Under the pieces are notes generated by a model that did not search any database, was not told where the DNA came from, and worked only from the letters and a program-made list of their open reading frames with translations. Made by a program: the position numbers and the translations under genes. Shown here in pieces: positions 10,287-19,596 of a stretch of 64,000 nucleotides of DNA (its first letter is position 1; every line of letters starts with the position of its first letter). The DNA is from an uncultured Holophagales bacterium (GTDB lineage Bacteria; Acidobacteriota; Thermoanaerobaculia; Multivoradales; UBA5704): positions 608,001 to 672,000 of the forward strand of contig CAWJGT010000034.1 in assembly GCA_963842525.1 (NCBI GenBank), read 5' to 3'.

Positions 10287-10509
10287 CTCCTTGCCGCTGT
10301 GGGGAGCGGCCGTCTCGACGGAGTGATTCGCGCAGCCTCCGCAGGCGCATGGCTGGGCCAGCTCGCGGCCTCAGCGTCTTTATCGTTCTGTTGCGGAATT
10401 CTCTATGCGCTCACCTCCGTCATTGCTATGTCTCTAAATATAACGGTGCCTCTCCGTGGCCAAGCGGGACAAGATTGGGAGCAAACGTGAGGGCCTCACC
10501 TCGGGCGGA

Positions 10510-10770
10510 TCACCTTCCCGGAGCCCACAACAAACCCAGGCGCAGGGAGCGGCCAGGACCGGGGAAGCCGATGAGGGTCTCATAGCGGCGATCCGCAAGG
10601 TTGTCCAGCCGAGCGCGGAGCTGCCAACTGGAGGTCAACCGCCACTGTGCGCCCACCCCTTCCGGCCGGTCGAGGCGCAGGGCGAGCTCGAGGGCGAGGC
10701 TGCCGCGGTCGGCCACCAGCTCGCTGTAGGCGCCCGGCAGCGTGCGGGTGATCGCGTAATCGCCCGCGAC
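10510..10770 (-). pseudogene. TonB-dependent receptor remnant
   Basis: Reads GAYSELVADRGSLALELALRLDRPEG joined to WQLRARLDNLADRRYETLIGFPGPGRSLRLGLLW, a typical TBDR C-terminus (N-L-x-D-x-x-Y...PGR). Confidence 0.65.
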
Positions 10771-10988
10771 GGCACCCGCCCGGCTTCACGGTGACTTCTT
10801 CGCCGTGTCGTTGTTCGGTGTGATGACCACGGACGGCGCACCAGCGGTCGAGGCCCAGTAGCTCGCGGGCGCGGGGGCCGGATCGATCCAGACCTCGAAG
10901 AGCTGCGAGCTGGCGGAGGTGCCGCTGTTGGCCGAGGCAGTCCTCTTGGGGCGTCTCGACTCCGCCCTCCACCGAGCCGTCGACAACC

Positions 10989-11008
10989 GTAGCACGATGT
11001 GCTACCAT
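10989..11008 (+). promoter_or_regulatory. TA operator palindrome overlapping a -10 box; probably a leaderless transcript
   Basis: GTAGCAC-GAT-GTGCTAC; TACCAT ends 6 nt before ATG 11015; no RBS. Confidence 0.6.
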
Positions 11009-11014
11009 TGAAAA

Positions 11015-11269
11015 ATGGCTGAATCCATTACCCAACGCGAGCTCCGCAACGACAGCGGCGAGATCATGCGCCGGCTCGACCAGGGAGAGTCCTTCGTCGT
11101 CACTCGCAACGGTGTGCCGGTAGCCGAGCTCACTCCACTGCGGCGCCACCGATTCGTGACGGCGGCGGCAGTCGTTGCCATTTTCAGGAATGCGCCCGCC
11201 ATCGACCCTGGCCGCTTCCGTGCCGATGTCGATGCGTGGGCTGGCCAGGACATTTTACCCGATGCTTGA
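11015..11269 (+). CDS. vapB: Phd/YefM-family antitoxin
   Basis: ITQRELRNDSGEIMRRLDQGESFVVTRNGVPVAELTP; overlaps the PIN gene. Confidence 0.9.
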   Translation: MAESITQRELRNDSGEIMRRLDQGESFVVTRNGVPVAELTPLRRHRFVTAAAVVAIFRNAPAIDPGRFRADVDAWAGQDILPDA

Positions 11270-11672
11270 CCGGCGGCCTGCTCGCGGGATCCTCGACACC
11301 TCGGTGGTCATCGATCTCGAACACATTGAGCCTTCACGGCTTCCGATCGAGGTTGCCGTAAGCGCAATCACGATGGCCGAGCTTGCCGCCGGTCCGCACG
11401 CCACAGCAGACCCCGAAGAGCGGGCGCGCCGCCAGGACCGGCTCCAGCGCGCGGAAGCCGCATTCGATCCTCTGCCCTTCGACGCTGAGGCGGCACGCGC
11501 TTATGGGAGGGTTTATTCCGCTGTGGTAGCCACGGGACGCAAGGCGAGGGGGGCGCGTGCCATCGACCTCCTCCTTGCAGCGGCCGCGTGCGCTGCTGGC
11601 CTGCCGCTCTATACCCGCAACCCGGAAGATTTTCGCGCGCTCGGCGATCTCGTCGAGGTCGTCGCCGTGTGA
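11262..11672 (+). CDS. vapC: VapC PIN-domain toxin
   Basis: ILDTSVVID, SAITMAEL, DLLLAAAA, LYTRNPEDF. Confidence 0.9.
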   Translation: MLDRRPARGILDTSVVIDLEHIEPSRLPIEVAVSAITMAELAAGPHATADPEERARRQDRLQRAEAAFDPLPFDAEAARAYGRVYSAVVATGRKARGARAIDLLLAAAACAAGLPLYTRNPEDFRALGDLVEVVAV

Positions 11673-11799
11673 GCCCACATCGGCGGCTTCCCGGCAAGCC
11701 GCCAGAAACAGGCATGGCCGCCCCGGCACCTACCGCGCATGTTCGGCACCTACCCGGCAGCATCTACCCGGCACCTCTCGGCGGAGTGCACTCCCGAGC

Positions 11800-12479
11800 T
11801 CAGTTGCTGGTGCAGCTCACGGCCGGTTGCGAGCAGCTCCTCGTGCCGCAGCCCGGCGGGACGAAGGGAGATGTCAACGGGGTGGCCCGGATGCCGAGGA
11901 ACGCGCCGACGTAGCGCTGGCAGCAGGCCTCGTTCGGCGAATTGAGGAGCAGAACGCCCTCGCCTCCAGGCTGTTGCATCGCCATGGTGGTGGAGCCGCC
12001 GCCGTCGAGGTTGAGGCCACGGTCTGCGCCGAGTTGGATCAGCCATTGGGCCGTGTCGTAGAAGCCTGCGCCTCTGCTGCTGCCGTCCGTGCCGTCGATG
12101 GTGAGCAGATAGAGGGTGCGCCCGTCACGGCTCAGGCACAGAGGAGCTGCGATGCCAGCCCGGTGGTCTCGGCCGCTCCCGAATGCGGAGTCGTGACGAG
12201 TTGGATCCCGGGCGCCGTCAGGTCGATGCGCAGCATGTTGGCTTTCTGGGTTCGGGCGCCCGGGATGCCCGGGTTCGTGGGCAGCCGGGTTGTGCAGGCG
12301 CCGGCCCAGTCGATGCCCTGGAAGATGGGCTGCCAGAGCGGCGCCCAGCCGGTTGCCCAGGGGTTGTCGTTGCAGCCGGTCTGGGCTGCGACCGGCGACC
12401 AGGCGGCCAGCGTCAGGATCACAAGGGCGAGCGCACGGCCACGGTTTGCGCTCCTCCCCAGGGCAATCATTCTGCTCAT
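11800..12479 (-). pseudogene. Phosphodiester glycosidase (NAGPA-like) family gene with internal deletion/frameshift near 12140
   Basis: Signal peptide and LRIDLTAPGIQLVTTP, then in another frame LSRDGRTLYLLTIDG...GLNLDGGGSTTM; the central part is absent. Confidence 0.7.
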
Positions 12480-12566
12480 ATGAAACTCCTTTCGTCGAGT
12501 CTGGGCTTCCGCTGATCGGCTGGCACCTGGGCAGGGATCTCCTGTTTTAAAGAGGGCGGCTCGACC

Positions 12567-12606
12567 TCGCCCGCCGCGGCGCCGACATCGTCGCAGCGGC
12601 GGGCGA
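12567..12606. terminator. GC-rich hairpin after the 12612 gene
   Basis: TCGCCCGCCGC...GCGGCGGGCGA 11-bp stem; no clear U tract. Confidence 0.5.
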
Positions 12607-12611
12607 TTGCG

Positions 12612-13415
12612 TTACGACTCTGTGAATTCCGTCGACGCACGAAAGATGTCGATCGAGGAGCTCGACTCCAGCGGTGTCCCGGGAGCGTCCGGCGCGTCCA
12701 CGATCACTTGCGACGACGTGACCTGGAACGGATACGTGGCACGGGCGCTTCCGGACACGCTGTAGAACAGCCTCGACATCGCCGGCCCCGAGGTCAAGGT
12801 GTTAAAGGGGACGTAGGTGACGCTCAGCGTGGCATAGTCGAGGAAATCGTCGCTGCGGAGCTGGACCGACCAGACGCCGTCGAATGACGTCGGGCTGAGA
12901 AACGTCCAGGCGCCCGGTCTCGATTTGAGATTCCACACGCCGAAACCCGGCAGCACCGTCGAGCCTCCCGTGACGCCCGAGATGATGAAGTGGAGGCTGA
13001 TCTGGGTCCCCGATCCCACCTGGCATGGCTGGTCGAAGATGTATTGCGCGCCCTGAACAACCTTGTTGGAGCTGCGGTCGGTAATGCTCATCACGCATGT
13101 GCTGCCACCCTGACGCCAGAGAGAGGAGGTGTTGGAGGTGGGCGATGGGAACTGGTCCTGCGCGAGCGCGTAAAAGTTTCCCGCAGGGACCGTGGGGATT
13201 TTCCAGTCCGTCCCTTGCACCCACGCGGGAGGCGGCTGTCCGATGAAGGTGAGCGAGGCTTGTTGCGGCATGGTCCACATGCCGGAGAGATTCGTGGGGA
13301 CAGTGGTGATCGCGTTCGCGCCGCCATTGTCCGTCCGGTTACAGAGAAAAATTCCCATCGGTCCTTTGGTCTCGAACGTGGGGTCCGTTGATGCGAGCTG
13401 CGATTTTGTGTTCAT
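12612..13415 (-). CDS. Hypothetical beta-rich protein (267 aa), second gene of a sigma54 operon
   Basis: AAGGAG RBS before MNTKSQLAS; 26 nt downstream of the large gene. Confidence 0.75.
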   Translation of the reverse strand: MNTKSQLASTDPTFETKGPMGIFLCNRTDNGGANAITTVPTNLSGMWTMPQQASLTFIGQPPPAWVQGTDWKIPTVPAGNFYALAQDQFPSPTSNTSSLWRQGGSTCVMSITDRSSNKVVQGAQYIFDQPCQVGSGTQISLHFIISGVTGGSTVLPGFGVWNLKSRPGAWTFLSPTSFDGVWSVQLRSDDFLDYATLSVTYVPFNTLTSGPAMSRLFYSVSGSARATYPFQVTSSQVIVDAPDAPGTPLESSSSIDIFRASTEFTES

Positions 13416-13441
13416 GTCTTTTCTCCTTTTGTTTGCAGGGA

Positions 13442-16400
13442 TCAGGCGTTTCTGTAGGCGATGGCGCCGGTGCCAACGTCTCCGACGAAGTCGATGGCGA
13501 GGAGGGCGGCAAGGCCGAAGGGGCGGCTGAACGAGAGAGGCTTGGCCACGGTGACGAGAGGGCCGACGATGTTCGAGAACCAGATCTCGTCGGTCGCGGT
13601 CCCGGCTTCCGACTCCTCGACGCCCTTCCAGATGCTGGTGCCGAGAGCGGCGGCACCGAGGGCGGCCAGTACGGCGCAGGGTTTTGGCTGATTCGAGGGT
13701 GCGCTCTTGAATCCCGTGCAGGCGGTGAACACCGTCGTAAAGCCGATCGGCGCCCAGCTCGTGCACCAGGAACCGTTATTCGCCTTGTTCACGTCCGTGT
13801 CCCACGGCAGGAGCGAGAACGGCGAGGCCCCGGGGCAGAGGAGACCGTTGAGCAGGACCGGGATCGAGGCGCCGAATAGAAGCGTCCGCGGGTCGTCGTC
13901 CGTCGAGACGTCAAGCACAGCATCGATGACGCTCCAGAAGCAGTACAGGAGGCCGCCGATCTTCTTGGATACGTTCGGATCGGCGGCCGCAAGCTCGCCC
14001 TTTTCTCTCTCGAAGAACGGTGAGCTGCCGTTGATCAGGCGGTAGACGATAGTCGTCGGAAACGCGCAGACGATCGCGACGAAGCGCGTCACCGTCAGAG
14101 TCTCCGAGCTGAAGGGGAATCCGGGGTTCAGCAGGTTGTACAGCGCGTTGAGAAAGAAGCCGCCGACGCTCTGGTCAAAGATGCCCGTTTTGGCCGCCTG
14201 GAGGAACGCGATCGCCAGTTGGAAGAACGCCTGGGTCAGCTCGTCTAGGACATTGAGGACAGAGAGCACCAGATTCTTCGCCGTCGTCAGGGCGGCCTTG
14301 ATGGTGCTGCTCATGAAATTGCCCGGGTCCGTGGCGACGGAGGTGAGATAGTCGCCCACCGCCGAGATCTCATCGAGGATCGTCTGGCCGATGCTCGACG
14401 TGAGCCGGGTCGAGAAGCTCGCGAAGGCGTCGAGCACCGGCTGCGGAAGCGACGAGCCGAAGCTCGGCGCGCCGAGCACCGAGGAGATCTTGTCCAGGAG
14501 CCAGTTGGCCTTGACCGAGGCCTCGAGGAAGACTTCGACGACATCGCCCGGCGAAAACGCAAGGGCGCCGGCGCCGGCCGGTGCGAAGTCGGGGAACAAG
14601 CTGTAGTTGAACGTGTCGCTGCCGACCGACGCGAGGGCGGCATCAAAATTCGCCGCCACTTCCTGCTTGACACTGGCGAAGAAACCGGCGGCGGCCGTCT
14701 CGCCCTGGGCGCAGAGCGCTGCCAGCGCGGGGAACGAGTCATTGATGACGCTCTCGAAGTAATTCTTCGTGTTCCAGATGTCCTGGCGCGCGCCGCTGAG
14801 CAGCCATGCCAGGAACTCGAAGAGGGCTTCGAAGAAGACGAGGACGGAGCTGAAGATCGATGCCACCACCTCGAACGCGCCCTCGAGCGTATCGATCACG
14901 CCGTCGAAGGCATAGGTGACGCCGTTGATGACGCATTGGATCGTGGCTTCGATTACCCCGCCGACCTTGGTGAAGACATAGTCGAAGGAGCTCTGGACGG
15001 CGTTGGAGACGGCGTCCGTGATATCGCCCAGCCAGTCGAAGTCGAAGAAACCTTCGGGAGAAGTGGCCCGGAGCTGCTCCCGAAGCGCGGCGGCTTCGCT
15101 CGCGGTGAGCTCTCCGTGAACGTGGCCCGGCCGTGCTGCACGGAGAAGCTCCAGTGCTGCACGCGGCCGGAGGAGGGATCGATCGCGCGCTGGTACTTCG
15201 TCGTCCGCTCGGCGGCAGCGACGACCGTACATTTTGTCGAGGAGAGGGGCGCGTAGCTCATCGCGACCGTCACTGCCTGCTGCACCTGCCCTGCGTCTTG
15301 CTGGAACTGCGGCGGAAGGAGCGACGTGACCTCGGGAACGGTGATGTTTTTGAGCTGCGCCTGCACGTGATCATCGGGATGGACGACTATCGCGTCGCAG
15401 CCGTCCATCTGCGGCACCGAGAAGACCAGCTTCGAAGCGTTGATCGACTCTGTCGGGGCGTACAGCGTCACCTGGCCGTTCGCGTTGGTGGTGAGCGTCA
15501 TGCTCACGTTGGGACCGATCACGTGAGTCTGTTCCAGCCAGGAGACGACCGTCGTCTCCGGCGACGAGAGCGAGAGCGTCGTATTTGGCAGCGTATTCCC
15601 GCCGCCGTCCATCAGAGTGAGATTCGTGCCGTAGACCTCGATTTTCTCGATCGTCTGAACCTGCGCCTCGATCTGCTGCTTCGTCCATTCGCCACCGACA
15701 GATTCCGGCTGCTGTAGCATCGAGTAGAGATTTCTGCTGCTGGCGTCGACCGCGAACACCAGGGGCGCGCCGTCGACGTCGAGTCCGGCCGTGATCAAGC
15801 TGAGCTCTTCTCCCAGCTCGATGGCCGGCTCCCACGTGCTGGCCGACTTCCTGCGGATGACGTTCAACCGCATATTGGCGTCGAGGGCGAAGAGAGTGAT
15901 GGGATTGGTCCCGGCCGGCACCGCAACGATTTGCGTGCAGGTGAGAGTCGTATCGACGAGGGCCAACGCCGGCGACGCGACGCCACAGTCGATGAACGAC
16001 AGGTTTCTTGGCCCGCCGGTCAGTCCGTCGTTGTAGAGGAAAATCCCGCTGTACGAGACGCCGGACGCGGACGGTTCCTGCAGAGCCGAGTCGGCGGAGC
16101 GGAAGTACTGCTGCGCCGCCACTGTCGCTGTCGTCTTCCCGTCGAGGGAGAAGAACATCAGATCCATCGCCGCGGGGGACGTGCCATTCATCTGCACGCC
16201 AAGGACGCCTTCGCCCCACGGGAGAGTGAAGCAGATGTCGAGGAACGGCGAGCTGCACGCTGCCGAGCTGGTGCCATCCGCCTGCCGCTCCTGTCCAGTC
16301 GACACGCCAGAGGCTCATTTGACCCGTCGCATCGCTCAGCACCGCCGCCAACTCCAGCGCGCCGTTCACGAGCTCGGCCGCGATGTTCCGTACTTGGACG

Positions 16401-16819
16401 GGCGGTGTTTGGTTGTCGAAGACGCTGGACGGATTAACGGCCGTCCACACGCCCCAGGTTCCGGATGCGCTGCGCTGGATGTAGGAGATGTCCGGATTGC
16501 TCGTGTTCGGGCCGACGGAGAACAGCGTGAAAACGCCATTGCTCGCGCCGCCGGAGAGCTGGCCCGGCAGTGCGTCGGGCGTGATCACCGTGACGCTCCA
16601 CCCGGTGTCGGTGGTGCTGTCCGGCCGGACGTTGTAGATGACGGTTCCGCCCTGGCCGTCGGAGCCGGAGTAGAAGAGCTCGCTCTCGCCCGCGGCGTTG
16701 ACGAGTTGCGTGATCGCAGTTTGTGATGTGATCTCGGTGCCGAGGCGATAGTCCTCCATCAAGGAGGTGCTTGCTGTGAATGTGACATTGTTCGGTGCGG
16801 TGCTCAACGATTCGGCCAC
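13442..16819 (-). CDS. Large (~1,125 aa) hypothetical protein with a beta-rich N-terminus and hydrophobic helical C-terminus; frameshifts near 16260 and 15115
   Basis: AAGGAG RBS + GTG 16819. The protein-like sequence is continuous through ORFs 15371-16819, 14953-16305 and 13442-15232. Confidence 0.72.
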
Positions 16820-16866
16820 GAGATTCTCCTTGTGCGTTGAAGGTCAACGGAGACATCAGCCCGTAC

Positions 16867-16882
16867 AGCAACCTTCCTGCCA
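16867..16882 (-). promoter_or_regulatory. sigma54 -24/-12 promoter
   Basis: TGGCAGGAAGGTTGCT on the minus strand, near consensus, 47 bp upstream of GTG 16819. Confidence 0.8.
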
Positions 16883-16939
16883 GGGGAGGCCGACATCGGA
16901 AAACGTTGATATTCCAGGCTTTTGAGCCACTTGCCAGCC

Positions 16940-16965
16940 AATGACTGCCACTCGGCGAAGGCAGC
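16940..16965. promoter_or_regulatory. Putative bEBP binding site CTGCC-N10-GGCAG
   Basis: AATGACTGCCACTCGGCGAAGGCAGC matches 22736-22761 at 23 of 26 positions. Confidence 0.7.
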
Positions 16966-17008
16966 TCCCGCACTGGGATCTGTTCACGGCCGACCCTCCC
17001 GAGCGCCG

Positions 17009-17206
17009 GCTTTCCGCTCTGCTCAAGACTTTGCCGTCAAAACGGAGTAAGCTCTGCCTGTCCCGAGAGGCAGGTGTCACCGGTTGGAGGCAGGCGGAGT
17101 GTTATACGAGGATCTCTATCAGATCTCAAAGCTCCTGCTGGCCGAGGATGACGCGGAACGGGCTCCCGAGATCCTCCTGCGGCGCATCGTCGAGCGGTGC
17201 TGCGCC
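17009..17206 (+). repeat. Diverged direct copy of the upstream region and first ~40 codons of the 18058 activator gene
   Basis: CTCTGCTCAAGACTT...CTGCCTGTCCCGAGAGGCAGGTGTCACCGGTTGGAGGC... encodes MEAGGVLYEDLYQISKLLLAEDDAERAPE; the second copy is at ~17983-18181. Confidence 0.85.
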
Positions 17207-17281
17207 GCTCCCGTCCGCCACGGCGGCGAGGGCCTCTTGACTATGGTGCTGGCTATGGTGAAGGATGACCTGGGAGGATCT

Positions 17282-17509
17282 ATGCGCACCATCGAGGCTT
17301 CAGAGTTCAAAACCAGGTGTCTCCAGTTGATGGACGAGGTAACCGAGAGTGGTGAGCAGTTGGTGATCACCAAAAGCGGGAAGCCCGTATCCCTGCTGTC
17401 TCCCTATCCCGACCAAGCCACCTCCCTTTTCGGCCGCCACCGTGACACCCTGAAGATTCGCGGCGATGTCGTGGCTCCGATCGACGAGGCCTGGGACGCC
17501 GAGCGTTGA
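17282..17509 (+). CDS. vapB: Phd/YefM-family antitoxin
   Basis: GGAGG RBS; MRTIEASEFKTRCLQLMDEVTESGEQLVITKSGKPV. Confidence 0.9.
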   Translation: MRTIEASEFKTRCLQLMDEVTESGEQLVITKSGKPVSLLSPYPDQATSLFGRHRDTLKIRGDVVAPIDEAWDAER

Positions 17510-17907
17510 TTCTCCTCGACACCCACGTCTTGCTCTGGCTCGACAGTGCGGACGCGCGGCTGGGCACCAAGGCCAAGGAGGCAATCGATGAGGCCCACCG
17601 AGCGGGCGAGCTTGCCGTGGCGGCGATCTCCTTTTGGGAGACCGCGATGCTGATTGAGAAGGGGCGCCTTACGCTTGACATACCGGCCCACGTATGGCGT
17701 CAGGATCTGTTGTCGACAGGGCTTCGCGAAATCGCCGTGGACGGTGAGATCGGGATCACCGCCGCCATGCTCGAGGGTTTTCACGGTGATCCCGCCGACC
17801 GCCTGATCACCTCGACGGCTCTGGTGCGAGGCGACCGCCTTTTGACGGCAGATGGGAAGATCCTGGACTGGGAAGGCGTCGTGCAACGGCAGGATGCACG
17901 GCGATAG
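17506..17907 (+). CDS. vapC: VapC PIN-domain toxin
   Basis: LLDTHVLLW, AISFWET, HGDPADRLI, LLTADGKI; 4-nt overlap with the antitoxin. Confidence 0.92.
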   Translation: MILLDTHVLLWLDSADARLGTKAKEAIDEAHRAGELAVAAISFWETAMLIEKGRLTLDIPAHVWRQDLLSTGLREIAVDGEIGITAAMLEGFHGDPADRLITSTALVRGDRLLTADGKILDWEGVVQRQDARR

Positions 17908-18057
17908 CCGCCAGGTAGGTGCTCTCAGCCGTCATGCGGTTCTGACTCAGCACCCTCACAGTCGTTCCAAGCGGTCCAAGAAGCTTCCGCCTCTGCTCAA
18001 GACTTCGGCGTAGAAATCGGCTAAGCTCTGCCTGTCCCGAGAGGCAGGTGTCACCGG

Positions 18058-19596
18058 TTGGAGGCGGGCGGAGTGCTCTACGAGGATCTGTATGAGGTTT
18101 CAAAGCTCCTGCTGGCCGAGGACGACGCGGAACGGGCCCCTGAGGTCCTTCTGCGGCGCCTCGTCGAGCTGTGCGGCGCCGAGACGGGCTTCGTCGTCGT
18201 TCGCGAGGACGGCTCCTACCAGCAGAAGTTCGAGGTCGGCGAGGAGCGCGGCCGGCGCAGCGACCTGGAGCGCCGCTTCAGCCGGACGCTGGTCCGCGAG
18301 GCGATCGCCACCGGCGCTCTCCTCTATCTGCCGAATCTGATCGAAGATCCCCGCTTCGCTGCGGGCGAGAGCGGCCTGGTGATTGGCCGCTGCTGTGTGC
18401 TGGTGGCGCCGTTGCGCTACGGCGGCGAGGTCTACGGCGTCGTCTACCTGGAAAACCGGGAGCGCGTCGACAGCTTCAGCCCGGAGAGCCGCGCTTTTCT
18501 GGCCGAGCTGGCGGAGATCGCCGGCCTGTTCCTCAAGCGGGCGAGCGACCGGGAGGAGCTGCGGCGGCGCAATCGCAGCCTGGAACGCGACCTTTTTGCT
18601 CAGCACGATTTCGAGGGGATCGTCACCCGCGATCCACGGATGCTCGAGCTGCTCCGGGTTGTCGCACAGGTGGCCGGCGCGGACGCTCCGGTGCTCGTGC
18701 TCGGTGAGACCGGCACCGGCAAGGAGCTGATCGCCCGGGCGCTGCACGTCAACAGCCCGCGCCGGGGAAGGCCTTTTGTCACCCTCCACTGCTCGGCGCT
18801 GCCCGGCACCCTGCTCGAATCCGAGCTCTTCGGCCATGTCGCCGGAGCGTTCACGGACGCGAAGCGTGACCGCCCGGGCCGCCTCGCCTCGGCCCATGGC
18901 GGCACGCTGTTCCTCGACGAAGTCGGGGAGATCCCAATCGAGGCGCAGGCGAAGCTGCTGCGCTTCCTCCAGTTCGGCGAGATCCAGCGCCTGGGGTCCG
19001 ACCGCACGGAGAAGGTGGACGTGCGGATCGTCGCCGCCACCCATCGCGACCTGCGGCAGATGGGGAAGGAAGGGCGTTTCCGCGAGGATCTGTTTTTCCG
19101 TCTCAAGGTGCTCGATCTGACGCTGCCGCCCCTGCGCGAGCGCCGGGGGGACGTGCATCTCCTCGCCGATCATTTCCTGCGCCGGTGCTGGCGGCGCCCT
19201 GGAGAGAGGCCGCGCTGGACGCCGCGGGCCGAGCGGGCACTTCAGGCCTACCCGTACCCGGGCAACGTCCGCGAGCTGGCCCACGCCGTCGAGCGGGCCT
19301 GCCTGCTGGCCCGCGGGCCGGACCTCGACCTCGACCTGCTGCCGCCGGAAATGGAGGGCGCGGCGTCCGGGCCGGCGGCCGAGCAGGTCTTCTCCGAGCT
19401 GACGGGAACGGTGTTGAATGAATCGCGGGAGGCGAGCGTGGCCGCGGTCGAACAGCGATTCCTGATCGAGCTGATGCGGCGCTGCGAGGGCAACGTCTCG
19501 CGAGCCGCTCGCGAGGCGGGGCTCCATCGGACCTATCTGCAGAAGCTGCTGGCGCGCCACCGCCAGGCGATCGGCTCCCTCGCTGGGGACGATTGA
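18058..19596 (+). CDS. GAF-domain sigma54-dependent Fis-family activator
   Basis: GAF (VYGVVYLEN), GETGTGKE, ESELFGH, GAFTDA, LFLDEVGE, PGNVREL, GNVSRAAREAG HTH. Confidence 0.93.
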   Translation: MEAGGVLYEDLYEVSKLLLAEDDAERAPEVLLRRLVELCGAETGFVVVREDGSYQQKFEVGEERGRRSDLERRFSRTLVREAIATGALLYLPNLIEDPRFAAGESGLVIGRCCVLVAPLRYGGEVYGVVYLENRERVDSFSPESRAFLAELAEIAGLFLKRASDREELRRRNRSLERDLFAQHDFEGIVTRDPRMLELLRVVAQVAGADAPVLVLGETGTGKELIARALHVNSPRRGRPFVTLHCSALPGTLLESELFGHVAGAFTDAKRDRPGRLASAHGGTLFLDEVGEIPIEAQAKLLRFLQFGEIQRLGSDRTEKVDVRIVAATHRDLRQMGKEGRFREDLFFRLKVLDLTLPPLRERRGDVHLLADHFLRRCWRRPGERPRWTPRAERALQAYPYPGNVRELAHAVERACLLARGPDLDLDLLPPEMEGAASGPAAEQVFSELTGTVLNESREASVAAVEQRFLIELMRRCEGNVSRAAREAGLHRTYLQKLLARHRQAIGSLAGDD

